Source: the human T2T-CHM13v2.0 reference genome, Homo sapiens
Direction: 5' to 3' (one strand)
Length of the DNA stretch: 64,000 nt
Assembly: GCF_009914755.1 (NCBI RefSeq)
Contig: NC_060928.1
Position numbers and translations under genes: made by a program. The notes below the pieces were generated by a model. That model saw only the letters and a list, made by a program, of their open reading frames with translations, was not told the DNA's origin and made no database searches. Positions 33,570 to 47,490 of the stretch are shown in pieces (the stretch's first letter is position 1; every line of letters starts with the position of its first letter).

Positions 33570-33820
33570 ATATAGAGGCAATAGAAGTGCAGTAACTCTA
33601 GACCTCGAGTCGAATGGACCTAGAACCAAGTCTCAGCCTTTCCTATATCTTGTAACTTTGAACAGTTTTTATTTAACCTTTCTCAGCCCCAGTTCCCTCA
33701 GTGGTATACTGGTATAATAACTATACCTATCTGATACGGTAGTTGTGAGGATTAAAGAAGATAATGCATGTAAAATATTCAACATGTGTCTACACCATAG
33801 TTAGTGCTCAAGTAATTGTA
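33570..33820 (+). mobile_element. MIR
   Basis: ctttctcagccccagttccctc...gttgtgaggattaaagaagataatgcatgtaaa. Confidence 0.75.
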
Positions 33821-34576
33821 ACTAATGTGTATGTGTGTGTTCCTGAATTTATAAACATGTACTCCAGATGTTCATTTGTAAATGAAATAATTTGGGATAA
33901 ACTTGCATTATGCATAGAGTAGATTTTTGTAATCTATCCAAGGGAACTGGAACCTATGTAGTGCATAGCATATCTAAGTAGAGTTGAATTAAAACGCTGA
34001 AACCTGACTCCCAAAAATAGTTAGAAAATGCATTCAGAATTTTACTTAGGGGCTCCTCCTGTGTTATACTCTTAGCAGGGGCATTGGAGTTTCTAACAGC
34101 AAGGTACAGCAGAGGCAAAGAAGGAAATAAGAATAAGATGTTTTAGTGTGATCTATGGGAAAAGAGGTTAAAACAAGAGTTCTTAACCTGACACCTGGAG
34201 CTTCAGGGAATTCAAGAATTCTGTGACATCTATGTAAAACTATTTTATGTATGTGAGATTTTATATTTTTTCTGACCTAACCCATTAAGAATTGCCTGCT
34301 ATACTACTTTAACAGTTTTCCTGTTATACTTCTAGGGATTTGTTTGTAAATTTTCATTGAGATATTGACATTTCTTTTGATGCAAATGGTTTTATTCGTG
34401 CAAATACAATTTTTCTCAAAGGAACACATTCTTCAGCCAACACTAGCAAACCTCTTTAGTCATAAATCTGACACTCTGTCATCATGGTCTCATGTTAGTT
34501 TCCAGATGTCTTTATCATTAAAACCTTCTGTTTATGTTCAGTACGCTAATCAAAGTTACAAACCTTTGTACTACTC

Positions 34577-34879
34577 TTTTTTTTTTTTTCTTTTAGATAG
34601 GGTCCTGCTCCATCGCCCAGGCTGGACTGCAGGGCACAATCGTGACTTAACTGCAGCCTGGAGTTTTGGTGTTCAAGAACTCCCACCTCAGCCTCCTCAG
34701 TAGCAGGGAGCACAGGCACATGCCACCATGGCAGCTAAGTTTGTTTGGGGTTTGTTTTTTTTAGAGATAGGGTCTCACTGTGTTACCCAGGCTGGTCTCA
34801 AACTTCTGGCCTCAAGCAGTCATCCATTTTCAGCCTTCCAAGCCATTGGGATTACAGGCATGAGCCACCATGCCTGGCT
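34577..34879 (-). mobile_element. AluJ
   Basis: Diverged antisense dimer. Confidence 0.88.
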
Positions 34880-35094
34880 TGTGCTATTATGTATTATACT
34901 CATTTTTTATATACTCAGCAATATAATCATAATTACAGAATTATAACTAATAACTCCTAGTCTGAAACCCATAATATACCAGTCAGCTGTATTAGCCATT
35001 TCCAAAGTGGCCATTAATAGTTAAAAAGCCATGTGTAAAATAGCCTTCAAAAACCAGCTTATTAGTTTTTTCCTTTAAACAGCTGATTTCAATT

Positions 35095-35403
35095 TTCTTT
35101 TTAGGAGAGGGTCTCACTCTGTTCCCCAGGCTGGAGTGTGGTGGCACCATCACAGCTCACTGCAGCCTTGGCCTCCCAGAGTCAAGCGATTCCCACTCCG
35201 GATTCAAGCAATTCTCATTCCTCAGCCTCCTGAGTAGCTGAGACTACAGACGTGCACCACCACACCCAGCTAATTTTTTGTATTTCAGTAGAGATGGGCT
35301 TCCACCATGTTGCCCAGGCTGGTCTCAAATTAAGCTCAGGCAATCTACCTGGCTCAGCCTCCCAAAGTGCTAGGATTATAGATGTGAGCCACCACGCCTG
35401 GCC
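35095..35403 (-). mobile_element. Alu, antisense, with a short internal duplication or chimeric junction
   Basis: tcaagcgattc..../ttcaagcaattc repeated near 35182-35215. Confidence 0.85.
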
Positions 35404-37935
35404 CAAATTGTTTAATTTCCATATAATTTGTGCTTTTGAGAGATCTTTTTGATATTGACTTCTGTTTTTATTCTGTTGTGGTCAGAGTATGGTTGATATA
35501 ATTTCTATTTTTTTGTATTTATGGAGACTTGCTTTATGGCTTAGCATGTGGTCAATCTTGGAGTATGTTCCATGTGTAGAAGAGAAGAATGTAATTCTCT
35601 GGTTGTTGGGTGGAGTATTCTATAGATGTCTATTAGGTTCGAATGGTCAAGTGTGGAATTTAAGTCTAGAATTTCTATGTTCATTTTCTGCCTTGATGGT
35701 CTAAAGCTGTTGGTGGGGTGTTGAAGTCCCCCACTCTTATTGTGTGACTGGCTAAGTCTTTTTGTAAGTGTAGAAGTACTTGTTTTATAAATCTGGGTGG
35801 TCCAAATGTTGGGTATGTATATATTTAGGATAGTTAAATCTTCTTGTTGAATTGAACCCTTTTTCATTATGTGATGCACATCTTTGTCCTTTTTATTTTT
35901 GCTGGTTTAAACTCTGTTATATCTCATATAAGAATAATGACCCCTGCTCTTTTTTGTTTTTTATTTGCATGATCCTTTTCCAACCCTTTACTTTGAGCCT
36001 GTGGGTGTCATTACATATGAGATTGGTCTCTTAAAGACAGCAGACAGATGCATCTTGTTTTTTATCCAACTTGTCACTCTGTCTTTTAAACGGGGTGGTT
36101 AGAGGTTTACACTGAAGGTTAATATTTGATATATGAGGTTTTGATCATATTGTGAATTTGTTAGCTGGTTTCTTCATATTTTATATTGTGTGGTTGCTTT
36201 GTAGGATCTCTTGGCTATGTTAACAGTGTTTTTGTGGTAGCAGGTATTTTTCTTTCATTTCCATGTGTAGAGCTCCCTTAAGGATTGCTTGTCACCTGGT
36301 CTGGTGGTAACTAAATTCTCTTAGCACTTGCTTGCCTGGAAAAGATTTTATCTCTTCTTCATGTATAAAATTTAGTTTGGTGTGATATGAAATTCTTGGT
36401 TTGAATTTTTCTTTAAGAATGCTGAAAATAGGCCCCCAATCTCTCCTGGCTTGTAGTGTTTCTGCTGAGAAGGCTACTGTTAGCTTGATGGGTTTCTCTT
36501 TGTACATGATCTGACCTTTTCCTTTAGCTCTCTTTAAGATTTTTTCTTTAGTGTTGACCTTGGACATTCTGGTGACTATATGCCTTGGTGATTGATGTTC
36601 ATTTTGTACAGTATCTCACAGGTGTTCTCTGGATTTCTTGTATCTGGACAAAGATTAGGGAAATTTTCTTGAATTATTTCCTCAAATATGTTTTTTGGGT
36701 TGTTTACTTTTTCTGTTTCAGGAATGCCAGTAACTTGTAGGTTTGGCTGCTTTACATAATCTTATATTTCTCAAAGACTTTGTTCATTTATTAAAATTCT
36801 TTTTTCTGTATTTTTGTCTAACTGGGTTAAAGGACCAGTCTTCAAGCTCTGCATTTCTTTCTTCTGCTTGGTCCAGTCAATTGATAATTTTTTTAATTGT
36901 ATTTTGAAATTTCTTAAGTAAGCTTTTCAATTCCATAAGATCTCATTGATTTCTTTTGAAGATGTTTATCTCTTCTTTCATTTCCCAGATTACTCTAGAA
37001 GTTTGTGTCTATTTTCAACCTTCTTTTAGATCTTATTGAGCTTCCTTGCAATTCATGCTTTGAATTCTTAGTCATTTCTGAGTTTCCATTTTGGCTAGGA
37101 ACCATTGCTTGACCGCTAGTGTGATCCTTTGGTGTTGTTATTACATTCACATTTTTTGTGGTGCCTGATTTCTTGCCCTATTCCTTCTCAACTGGAGACA
37201 CTAGTGCTTCCAATTTTTGTAGTCATTTTAATGCAGGTAGGATTTTTTTTCTTTTTCTATGTAACATTATTGGGGTTTTTTCTTTTCTCTTTCCCCCTCC
37301 TCCCTTGGGGGTGTAACTGTAGACAGTGTTGGGTAGGGGCTTTTGACTTTGCTCTATAACCCTTGGGGGTGTAACTGTAGACAATGTTGGACAGGGGCTT
37401 TTGACTTTGCTTCTATAGCCCTATGCATGTATGTCAGCAGGTTTTATATTGGGCTATGGGATCCAACCTACAGGCCAGTAGATAGCATGTACAGCTGAGT
37501 CAACTGAGGCAAACACAGCTACATATGTACTTGACCCCTATTTACTGGGAGAAAGGATGCGCCAGGCTGATGATTCAGGAGAGCAGATGGTCAGAATGCC
37601 TGGAAATCTGCCTGGTTGTGGAGCAGAGACAGCCCCACTTCACCACAATGTCTGCACAGGAAGGATGGGGCAGCTCAGGCTGCTGATCATGGCAAGTAGG
37701 TACTCTGCCTGCCTGAGTGTGAAGCTGAGAAGGCCTCCTCCACACAGATCTCTGCAAAGGAAGGGTGGGGTGACTCAGGCTGCCAATGCAGGTGAGCAGG
37801 TTCTTTGAATGCCTGGAGATCTGCCTGTGTATAAAGCAGAGAGGGCCCCACTGCACCACAATCTCTGCACAGAAAGGGTAGGGTGGCTCAGGCTGCTCAT
37901 CTAGGTGAGTGGGTGCTCCAAATGCCTGGATATCT
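35404..37935 (-). mobile_element. L1 5' portion (L1PB-like): ORF2 endonuclease start, ORF1, 5'UTR with ~100-113 bp tandem units
   Basis: ORFs 35541-35879 (KGSIQQEDLTILNIY) and 36292-36567 (ORF1); caggctg-anchored units at 37563, 37676, 37776 and 37888. Confidence 0.88.
37302..37418 (+). repeat. 58/59-bp tandem duplication within L1
   Basis: cccttgggggtgtaactgtagaca...ggggcttttgactttgct x2. Confidence 0.92.
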
Positions 37936-39960
37936 CTTCAGTTTCTTTCATCAGTTTTTTAAACTTTTTGGCGTACAGATCTTTCACCTCTTTGGTTAAA
38001 TTTATTCCTAATGTTTCGTGTATGCTATTGTGAATGATACTGTTTTATTACTTTTTCAGGTAGTTCATTGTTAGTATATAGAAATGTGATTGATTTTTCT
38101 GTGTTGATTTTATATCCTAAAACTTTACTGAATTATTAGTCTAATAGTTTGTTGGCATATTTAGGGTTTTCTGTATGTAAGATCATGTCATCTGCAAACA
38201 GAGACAGTTTAACTTCTTTTTAATTTGGATACTTTTCTTTTTCCTAATCACTCTGGCTAGAACTTAAGGTACTATATTGAATAAAAGTGCAAGAGTGGAT
38301 CCCTTTGTCTTATTCCTGATCTCAGAGGAAAGTTTTCAACTTTTCTCCACTGAGTATGTTATCTGTGAGCTTGTCACATATGGCCTTTATTATGTTGTAG
38401 TACATTGCTTCTATACCTAATTTGTTGAGAGTTTTTATTACATAAAGATAAATTCTGTCAAATGCTTCTTCAGCATTTTTTGAGATGCTCATATGATTTT
38501 TGTCCTTCATTCTGTTAATGCGGTATATGACATTTACCAATTTGTGCATGTTGAGCCATCCTTGCATCCCAGGCATAAATCCCACTTGATTGTGGTGAAT
38601 GATCCTTTTATCATTATATTGAATTCAATTTGGTAGTATTTTGCTGAGGATTTTTGTATGTTTGTTCATTGGAATATTGGCCTGCAATTTTCTTTTCTTG
38701 TAGTATTTTGGTTGGCTTTGGTACCGGGGTAATGTTGGCCTTGTAAAATGAATTTAGTAGAATTCAGCTGTGAAATCATCAGATCCTGGGCTTTTCTTTA
38801 TTGTTAAGTTTCTGATTACTGATTCAATCATTGTTGGTCTGTTCAGAAATTTATTCATGATTCAGACTTGGTAGATTATATGTTTCTAGAAATTTATCAA
38901 TTTCATATATGTTATTTAATTTCTTGGTATATAATTGTTCATAGTAATCTCTTACAACTCTTTGTATTACTGTACGTTAGTGGTAATGTCTTTTCTTTCA
39001 CTTATAATTTTACTTACTTGACTCTCCTCTCTTTTTTTCTTAAGTCTAGCTAGAGGTTTGTCAATTTTGTTTATCTTCTTCTAATAAAATACCAACCAGC
39101 ACTGGATCTCAAAAAAATAAACTCTTAGTTTGACTGATATTTTTCTATTATTTTTGTAGTCTCTATTTCATTTATTTCTGCCATTGAAACCAGCTCAATT
39201 GGCCCATGGAACTGATGTTTATTGTTTCTCATCAATAAACCAAGAAATTGACCTCTCAGTCTTAAAACTTGAGAAACTCGTATTTGTCATATCTGAGTTC
39301 CTTTCTCAGGAAACCAACCTTTGGGCCTCCCAGATAGTATCGAGGAACTGAAACTTACCAGATCACCACATCTGGACATTGAGACACTAACCCTTCGCCT
39401 GTCATGACTGCCTGATTGATTACCTGTTGACCAAGTCCTTCTTCTTATTCCTCCCTAATTCTTGCTTTCCCACACATAGTTACATTTCTTTTCTGCTATA
39501 TAAACTCCTAATTTTAGTGCATGAAAGAGATGGATTTGAGATTGATCTGTTCTCCTCAGACACAGCACCCAAAACAGCCTTCTTCCCTGGCAGTACTCAT
39601 CGTCTCTGTGATTGGTTTTCTGTGCAATAAGCAGCAGAACCTAGACTAAACCCTTGGCATTTTGGTAACACTAATTTTTATTATCTCTCTCCTTCTTCTA
39701 ACTTTGGACTTAGTTTGTTCTTTTTCTAGCTCCTTGTGGTATCAAATTAGGTTATTTGAGATCTTTCTTCTTTATACATATGCATTTATTGCTATAAACT
39801 TCTCTCTTAACTGCTTTTGATGCATCTGTGAGTGTTGGTATGTTGTGTTTCCATTTTATCCCAAGATTTAATTTTCCTCTTCATTTCTTCTTTGACCCAT
39901 TGGTTGTTAAGAGCATGTTGTTTAATTTCCATGTATTTGTGAACTTTTTCATTATCTTCC
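37936..39960 (-). mobile_element. Older L1M ORF2 fragment interrupted by an LTR
   Basis: ORF 38322-38585 ([11 protein letters not shown] region) and ORF 39807-40055. Confidence 0.85.
39185..39670 (+). mobile_element. ERV1 solo LTR, LOR1-like
   Basis: TGAAACC...GGTAACA ends; tataaa at 39498; resembles recalled LOR1 consensus. Confidence 0.75.
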
Positions 39961-40128
39961 TGTTCAAAAATTGTTACAGCAGTTTCTTTTTTTAATAAAG
40001 CTTCATCTATTATAATTTTAGAACTTTTCTGTGATTTGTTTCTCCAGAAATCCAAGCCTAGAGTAGAGTTTTGGAGTCAGACAGAAAGCCTGATTTTAAG
40101 TCTTGGTTGGCTAGTAATCCTCAGAGAG

Positions 40129-40451
40129 TTTTTCTTTTTTCTTTTCTTTTTTTTTTTTTTTTTGAAGACAGGTTCTTATTCTGTCACGCATGCTGGAATG
40201 AGGTTGTGTGATCATAGCTCACTGCAGCCTCTACGTCCTCAGCTCAAGAAATCCTCCTACTTCAGCCTCCTGAGTAGTTGGAACTACAGGCACATGCCAC
40301 TGCACACGGCTAATTTATTTTTTTAATTTTTTGTAGAGATGCGGTCTCACAATGTTGCCCAGGCTGGTCTTGAGTTCTTGAGCTCAAGCAGTCCTCCCAA
40401 TTTGGCTTCCCAAAGTGCTGGAATTACAGGCGTGAGCCACTGCACCTAGCC
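40129..40451 (-). mobile_element. AluJ
   Basis: Antisense dimer with T-rich tail. Confidence 0.9.
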
Positions 40452-41687
40452 TAGTTTTTAAACTTTTTAAAGTTTCACTTTGTACATACTTAAAATGGGT
40501 GCTGTTGGAGAACCTACATAATAAGCATAATTGATTACATGATATACATGTAAATCCTTTGCCAGTGACTGGTTCATATAGTGAATGCTCAGTAAGTAGT
40601 AGTTGTTACCATCACATGTTGAATACTCTAGTAAAGATGGAGTCAGCTATGAGTACTGAGAAGATTATTTCTTTGCCATTAAATATGCTTCTGAATTGTC
40701 TTTGTGTAATCACTTTATATTCAGCCTTGGGTTCACCAAGATTATTTTTTCCCACAGGGTTAATGTTACTTATTTAACAAATAATTATCTTTCCCTCTAT
40801 GTACTTATCTAACTTTGTTCAATTCTGAGCACTAGCGCAGTTAACTGAGATTATTTTCTTTTGAATCTTTATTTTTAAAAGACTGATTCTGGGTATTCTC
40901 CGAACTGGTGCTAGAGGTATCCTGTTCAGAACAGCAAGGCCAAAGCATTTTACAATTTGTAATCGAGTGAAAACAACCAAGGCTATTGCAGAGCTAGCCT
41001 GCCATGCTCTAGGGCAGCTCTATATCATAAGGATAGTTCTGAATTTTAAGGGGTACACAATGAATTATATGGGTTGGTCAATCCCTGGAGAATTCAGGTA
41101 GGGAGATTACTGGCGTCAAAGATTTCTTCCCATCTCTCCCTCAGTTCTCTAGAAACTGCCTGGAATTGAAATGGATCCCTTTTCTGGATAAATTTTAACA
41201 CCCATTCAAAATGGTTCCAGATCATAAAGATAAGGGCACTTTAGATTCTTTTATCCTGTTCTCATTCTCATAAGTATGTGTACAAATCAGTAAGTGGATT
41301 TATTCTATCATACTCATTTGTAACAGCCTTACCACCATAGGTGTTATACATCAGGATTTGGGAATAAGCCTTAGGGTTACTAGCCTCTGAGAAATACAAC
41401 TGAGTTCTGTTTATCTACTAGTAAAGAGCCCTGTATTCAACTGATAACACTTTCCGTTTTAGGTATTCAAAGCTCTTTATTTGAAATTTTTTAAAAAATG
41501 GAATGGGGTTCAATAGAGTTAACACTGCCTTTTTATTTTTCAATGGAGACACACATTTTAGAAAACTTTATTTTTCTCATAAGAAAGAGTATGTTTTAGA
41601 TAGTTCATATAGCTAAATTTGCTAAAACTATGGCAATTGTTTAATAATACAATGTAGGTTTATGTATTTATATGTTTCCCTCTGTAG

Positions 41688-41815
41688 GTTTCTTCAGTTT
41701 TTGGCGTGGCAATTTGGCAAATGTTATTCGGTATTTTCCAACACAAGCTCTAAACTTTGCTTTTAAGGACAAATACAAGCAGCTATTCATGTCTGGAGTT
41801 AATAAAGAAAAACAG
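41688..41815 (+). CDS. SLC25A31: ANT4 coding exon 2 ([43 protein letters not shown])
   Basis: ccctctgtag|GT ... CAG|gtaatt; 128 nt, phase 1/0; ANT signature [23 protein letters not shown]. Confidence 0.98.
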
Positions 41816-42822
41816 GTAATTATATTTTTTTTTTACTTTTTCCTTCCAATATAGAAATTTTCCATCCAATATAAATTTCCCATCCAATGTAAATATATTT
41901 CACTATCTCTAAAATTTTCTTTAAAATGGTTAGATTTGTCTTAACTGTGATGTTTTATTTGGGGAGGATGTGCTCAAGTAGTGGGAAAAAATAGTAAGTG
42001 TTTATTGTTACAAAAATCATAAAGGATCTTTTGTCTCAAGGCAGTATTTTTTGAATAAATATTACACTTAATGTAATTTCATCTTATCACTGTTTTGCGC
42101 TGGGGAAACATGGCATTTTGTCTGCTTATTTTAAGCGCAGAAAGAAATCAACAAGTACGTAGTTCCTATTACTGAGGTAATTTATATCCTGAAGAAGTAA
42201 ATTCTTTCTTCTTTGAGAATAAAGATATATTTAGCTGAGATTAAAGTGTATAGGAAGTCCAAATGGAGCAAAACTGGAAAATGATAAATTTAAACTAGAG
42301 AATTCTTTTTATTGCAAGGATACTTTTTTTTTTTCGAAGTAATTACTCCCTTGGTTACAAAATCTCAATTTCAAAATTTCCTACTCATATAAACTACATG
42401 TTATTTATTCTGATTTCTATTTGTTTTGTTGTATGCAATACACTATACTACCTACATTACTCCCAAGATCTTCCCCTCACTCTTAAAAAATCTCTCTTCC
42501 CCCTCATCTTTTCTCTTTTTCTCCCTATTACTCCTCATCTCCCACTCCTGCCTCAGCCAACCAAGCTGTCTTAGGAGGTTTCTTAAAAGCAAGTCTTTGT
42601 GGAACATTTCATTGTTGCTGCCTCCTTAAATTTCCTTTTATGCTCTGTATTCCCTTTTTTCACAGTTTTATTAACAGTTGTTCATTGAATGTTTTGCCCT
42701 GTACTTTGGCCAGGGTGGTGGGGCAGGGTGAGGGGGCACAGGTAGAAAGGTAACCAAGAAAATTCCCTAGACTTAGAATTGGAAGGTTTAGATTTGGATC
42801 TTATTTAGCTACATGAGGTTTT

Positions 42823-44560
42823 TTTACTTTTATTTTAGGTTTGGGGGTACATGTGAAGGTTTGCTTTATAGGTAATCTCGTGTCACAGGGGTTTTTTGTA
42901 CAGATAATTTCATCACTCAAGTATTAAGCCTAGCACCCAATAGTTATTTTTCCTGCAGCTCTCCATCCTCCCACCACCCACCCTCAAGTAGATCCCAATG
43001 TCTGTTTTTTCCTTCTTTGTATTCATAAGTTCTCATCATTTAGCTCCCACTTACAAGTGAGAACATGCAGTATTTGGTTTTCTGTTCCTGCATTAGTTTG
43101 CTAAGGATAATAGCCTCAAACTCTGTTCATGTTCCCACAAAATACATGATTTTGTACTTTTTTATGGCTGCATAGTATCGCATGTTATATATGTACCACA
43201 TTTTCTTTATCCAGTCTGCCATTTATGGGCACTTAGGTTAATTCCAGGTTTTTGCTATTGTGAGTAGTGCTACAATGAACATTCACATACATGTGTCTTT
43301 ATAGTAGAATGATTTATGTTACTCTGGGTATATACCCAGTAATGATACCTCTGTTTTTAGCTCTTTGAGGAATCACTATACTGCTTTCCACAATGGTCCA
43401 GCTAATTTACACTCCCACCAACAGTATAAGTGTTCCCTTTTCTCCACAACCTCGCCAGCATCTGTTATTTTTTGACTTTTGAATAGTAGCCATTTTGACC
43501 ATGAGACAGTATCACATTGTGGTTTTGATTTGCATTTTTCTAATGATCAGTGATACTGAGCCTTTTCCATATGGTTGTTGGCCACGTGTATGTCTTTTTT
43601 TCAAGAGTGTCTGTTTATGTCCTTTGCCCACTTTTTAATGGGGTTGTTTTTCTGTTGCAAATTTAAGTTCCTTGTAGATGCTAGATAGTAGCTACACCTT
43701 TGTCACTTTGCAAATATTTTCTCCCATTCTGTAGGTTGTCTGTTTACTCTGTTGATAGTTTCTTTTGCTGTGCAGAAGCTCTTAAGTTTAAGTAGATCCT
43801 ATTTGTCGATTTTTGCTTTTGTTGCAATTGCTTTTGGTGTCTTTTTCATGAAATCTTTGCCCATTCCTATGTCAAGGATGATATTGCCTGGGTTGTCTTC
43901 CAGGGTTTTTATAGTTTGGGGTTTTTCATTTAAGTCTTTAATCCATCTTGGGTTGATTTTTATATATGGTGTAAGGAAGGAGTCCAGCTTTAATCTTCTG
44001 TATATGGCTAGCCAGTTATCCCACCACTATTTATTGAATAAGGAGTCCTTTCCTCATTGCTTGTTTTTGTCAGCTTTGTCAAAGATTAGATGACTGTAGA
44101 TGTGCAGTTTTATTTCTGGGCTCTCTATTCTGTTCCATTGGCCTATGTGCCTGTTCTTGTCTTAGTACCATGCTGTTTTGGTTACTTTAGCCCAGTTCTA
44201 TAGTTTGAAGTTGGGTAACATGATACCTCTAAGCTTTGATATTTTTGTTTGGCTATTCGGGCTCTTTTTTGGTTACATATGAATTTTTAAACAGTTTTTT
44301 CTAGTTCTCTGAAGAATGTCATTGGTAGTTTGATAGGAATAGCATTGAATCTGTAAATTGCTTTGGGAAATATGACCATTTTAATGATATTAATTATTCC
44401 TGTCCATGAGCATTGGATATTTTTCCATTTGTTTGTGTCACCTCCGGAGGTGAAAGATGAGAATTACAAAACACTGCTCATAGAAATCAGAGAAGATATC
44501 AGATAGAGATCTTTCACTTCCCTGATTAGCTGTATTCCTAGGTATTTTATTCTCTTTGTG
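42823..44560 (-). mobile_element. 5'-truncated L1PA (older, approximately PA13-16) inserted in a MIR
   Basis: L1 3'UTR and ORF2 end in antisense; TSD atgaggtttt at 42813-42822 and 44566-44575. Confidence 0.92.
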
Positions 44561-44784
44561 ACTGTATGAGGTTTTAAAAGTCAGTTTACTTCTCTGATCC
44601 CTAGTTTCCTCTTCTAAAATTTGGGCATAATAATACCTATCTCGTAGTTTTATTATGAGGTTTAGATGAGATTACTTGTGAAATGCATAGCATAGTACCT
44701 TGCTTTTATGACAGGCATTCAGTAAAATGTTTCTGGCCTCTTAAGCTGACAGCTCTAATAATTGGAATTTCCCTTGACTCAGAT

Positions 44785-45230
44785 TGTTAGTTCCACAGCG
44801 TCAGGGTCTCCAAAACTATCCTCAGGGTCAGTGACTAGAAGGACATATAGAACTTAGAAAATCTGTTATACTGTGGTTTATTAAAGCAAAGGTACTCCAA
44901 TTAAAATCAAAGGAAAAAGGCACACAGGGAAGAGACCTAGAGAAACCAGGTGCAAGTTTATAGTTGTCCCATCCTAGTGAATCATGTAGACAGAATACTT
45001 ACTTCCCAAGAACATACGACAACACGTGATGTGTTGCCACAGTGAGCTTACCTAAGCCTTGGTGTCCAGGGTTTTTCTTTGGGATCAGTATCATAGGCGT
45101 GGAATGTGACTGACCTTAGCTACACAGTTTCTGGTCCCCTTCCAGAGATCAAACTCATACAGCTTAGTCCAAAACCTCAGGCATAGACAAACAGGTGTTT
45201 ACCATAAATCACAATGTTAGCACAAACTCT
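44785..45230 (-). mobile_element. MER21-like LTR fragment
   Basis: ctagaaggacatatagaacttagaaaatctgttatac...gtccagggtttttctttggg resembles the recalled MER21 family. Confidence 0.6.
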
Positions 45231-46472
45231 CCCAGCTGAGTCACTCACCTCAGTCCCTTATAGATCTTGAAACAGTCCTATAAATCGGCTCCTGCCCTTC
45301 TCATTTGCAGCCTGAGAGCATGCCTGCTCACCCAACAACCCACCAGGAGGCTCATCTGTACGTGACCCCAGAGACAAGCTTAAAGAGCTCGGTCTCAACA
45401 GTCCTAAAACAACCCTGTGACTTGGTTCCAGCCCCTGTCACCCATGGACCAAGTCAGTACTCCCTTCCCAGGGACCCACCCAGTCATCTAATGGAAGTGG
45501 TTCCAGAGTTGGGAGGAAACCACACCCATCAGCACACCTAGTAACAGGCCTACCATCAATGAAACGTGCAGGCCCTCATCCTGGCACCAACTCACAGACC
45601 AAGGTCCTTGAGACAGTCCAGTTCACCCAGAATCTAGATAGGATATGTGCTCACTACAGTTTTTGGTTAGAGACCCACCAACTCCATTCTCCACTGTGGA
45701 CCCAGCAGCAGCCATGTGACTTGGATCCAACCCCACTGAACTGCTATCTATATAGCAGTCCTATCAGTCCAACGACCTAACAGGAGAAGATTTTAACTTG
45801 CCAAAACCAGTTTTCTAAGACTGCAAGAAAAGTTTGGTCTTTCAGATATCCAGACACCAATACAAGGCTACATGGATAACAAAGACTCAGGCAACCAGGG
45901 CATCACCAAAGGAAACTAATAATGCTCCAATAACAGACCCCAAACAAATGGAGATATACAAATTGCCTATGAAATAATTCAAAATAATTATCTTAAAGAA
46001 TCTTAATGCAAGATAGACAACTGAATGAAAATAGGAAAACAAAACCATACATGAACAAAATGGGAACTTTAATAATGAAATTGAAACCATTAAAAAAAAA
46101 AAACAGAACAAAACGGAAATCCTGGAGCTGAAGAATACAGTGACAGAACTGAAAAAGCTCAGTAGAGAGCTTTAACAGCTGACGCAATCATGCAGATGAA
46201 AGTATCAGCAAACTCAAAGATAGGTCATTTAAAATTAGCCAATTAGAGAAAAAAATATAAAGACTGAAGAAAGCATAAGGAACCTATGAGACACCATCAA
46301 ATGTACAAATGTGTGAATTATGGCAGTACACAATGAAGAAAAAGGGGAAGAAAGCTTATTTTTAAAAATATTGTCTGAAAATTTCCCAAATCTTTGGAAA
46401 TGTATGGACGTCCAGATTCAGGAAGCTCAGAGGACTCCAAGCAAGATTAATTTTAAAAAGATCCAGGTGTGG

Positions 46473-46895
<423 letters not shown>

Positions 46896-47274
46896 AACAA
46901 AGAATACTAGGAGATACATTTTAACCAACTTGCCAAAAGTCAAAAACAAAGAATTTTAAAAGTAGCAGAAAGAATTAATCACGTGAGGTTATAAGTGAAC
47001 TTCTTAAAGGAAACCTTGCAAGCCAGGAGTATTGGCATGACATTTTCAGAGTGCTAAAAGAAAAAAAAAATGTCAGCCAAGAATATTACACCTGGCTAAA
47101 TTGTCTGTCAGAAATGAAAGAGAGTTAAAGACACATTTCAAGGCAAAAGCTAAAGGAGTTCATCACCACCAGACTGAGCTTGCAAGAAATGCTAATGGGA
47201 ATTCTTTAAGTTGAAAAGACAATAAATAACAACATGAAAACATATGAAAGTATAAACTTAAGTGGTAAAGGTAT

Positions 47275-47490
47275 ACAGGTGCTCGTCAACTTACAGTAGG
47301 GTTACATCATGATAAACTCATAAGTGGAAAATATTAAGTCAAAAATGCATTTAATGCCCTGATAAATTGATTATATAGTCAAAAATCATAAGTTGAACCA
47401 TTGGAAGTCCAAATACTCCTTGACTCATGATGGGATTATTTCCTTATAAACTCATGGTAAAGTCAAAAATTGTAATTTGAACCATTTGTA
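47275..47490. mobile_element. Tigger-family (MER47-like) fragment
   Basis: ta-CAGGTGCTCGTCAACTTAC terminus; internal repeat of aagtcaaaaa..taagttgaacca. Confidence 0.6.

Noticed and set aside
37550-37935. ~100-113 bp tandem units that could be mistaken for a repeat-spacer array
   Set aside because: Units are homologous along their full length and sit at the 5'UTR position of an L1PB-like element; there are no unique spacers and no cas genes.
41801-41806. AATAAA at the end of ANT4 exon 2
   Set aside because: Encodes Asn-Lys and lies next to a donor site, where U1 normally suppresses cleavage; no evidence of use.
41838-41895. Three ~19-bp imperfect repeats (ttccatccaatataaat) after exon 2, and a ~23-bp duplication at 53724-53789
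   Set aside because: Ordinary slippage duplications with no evident function.
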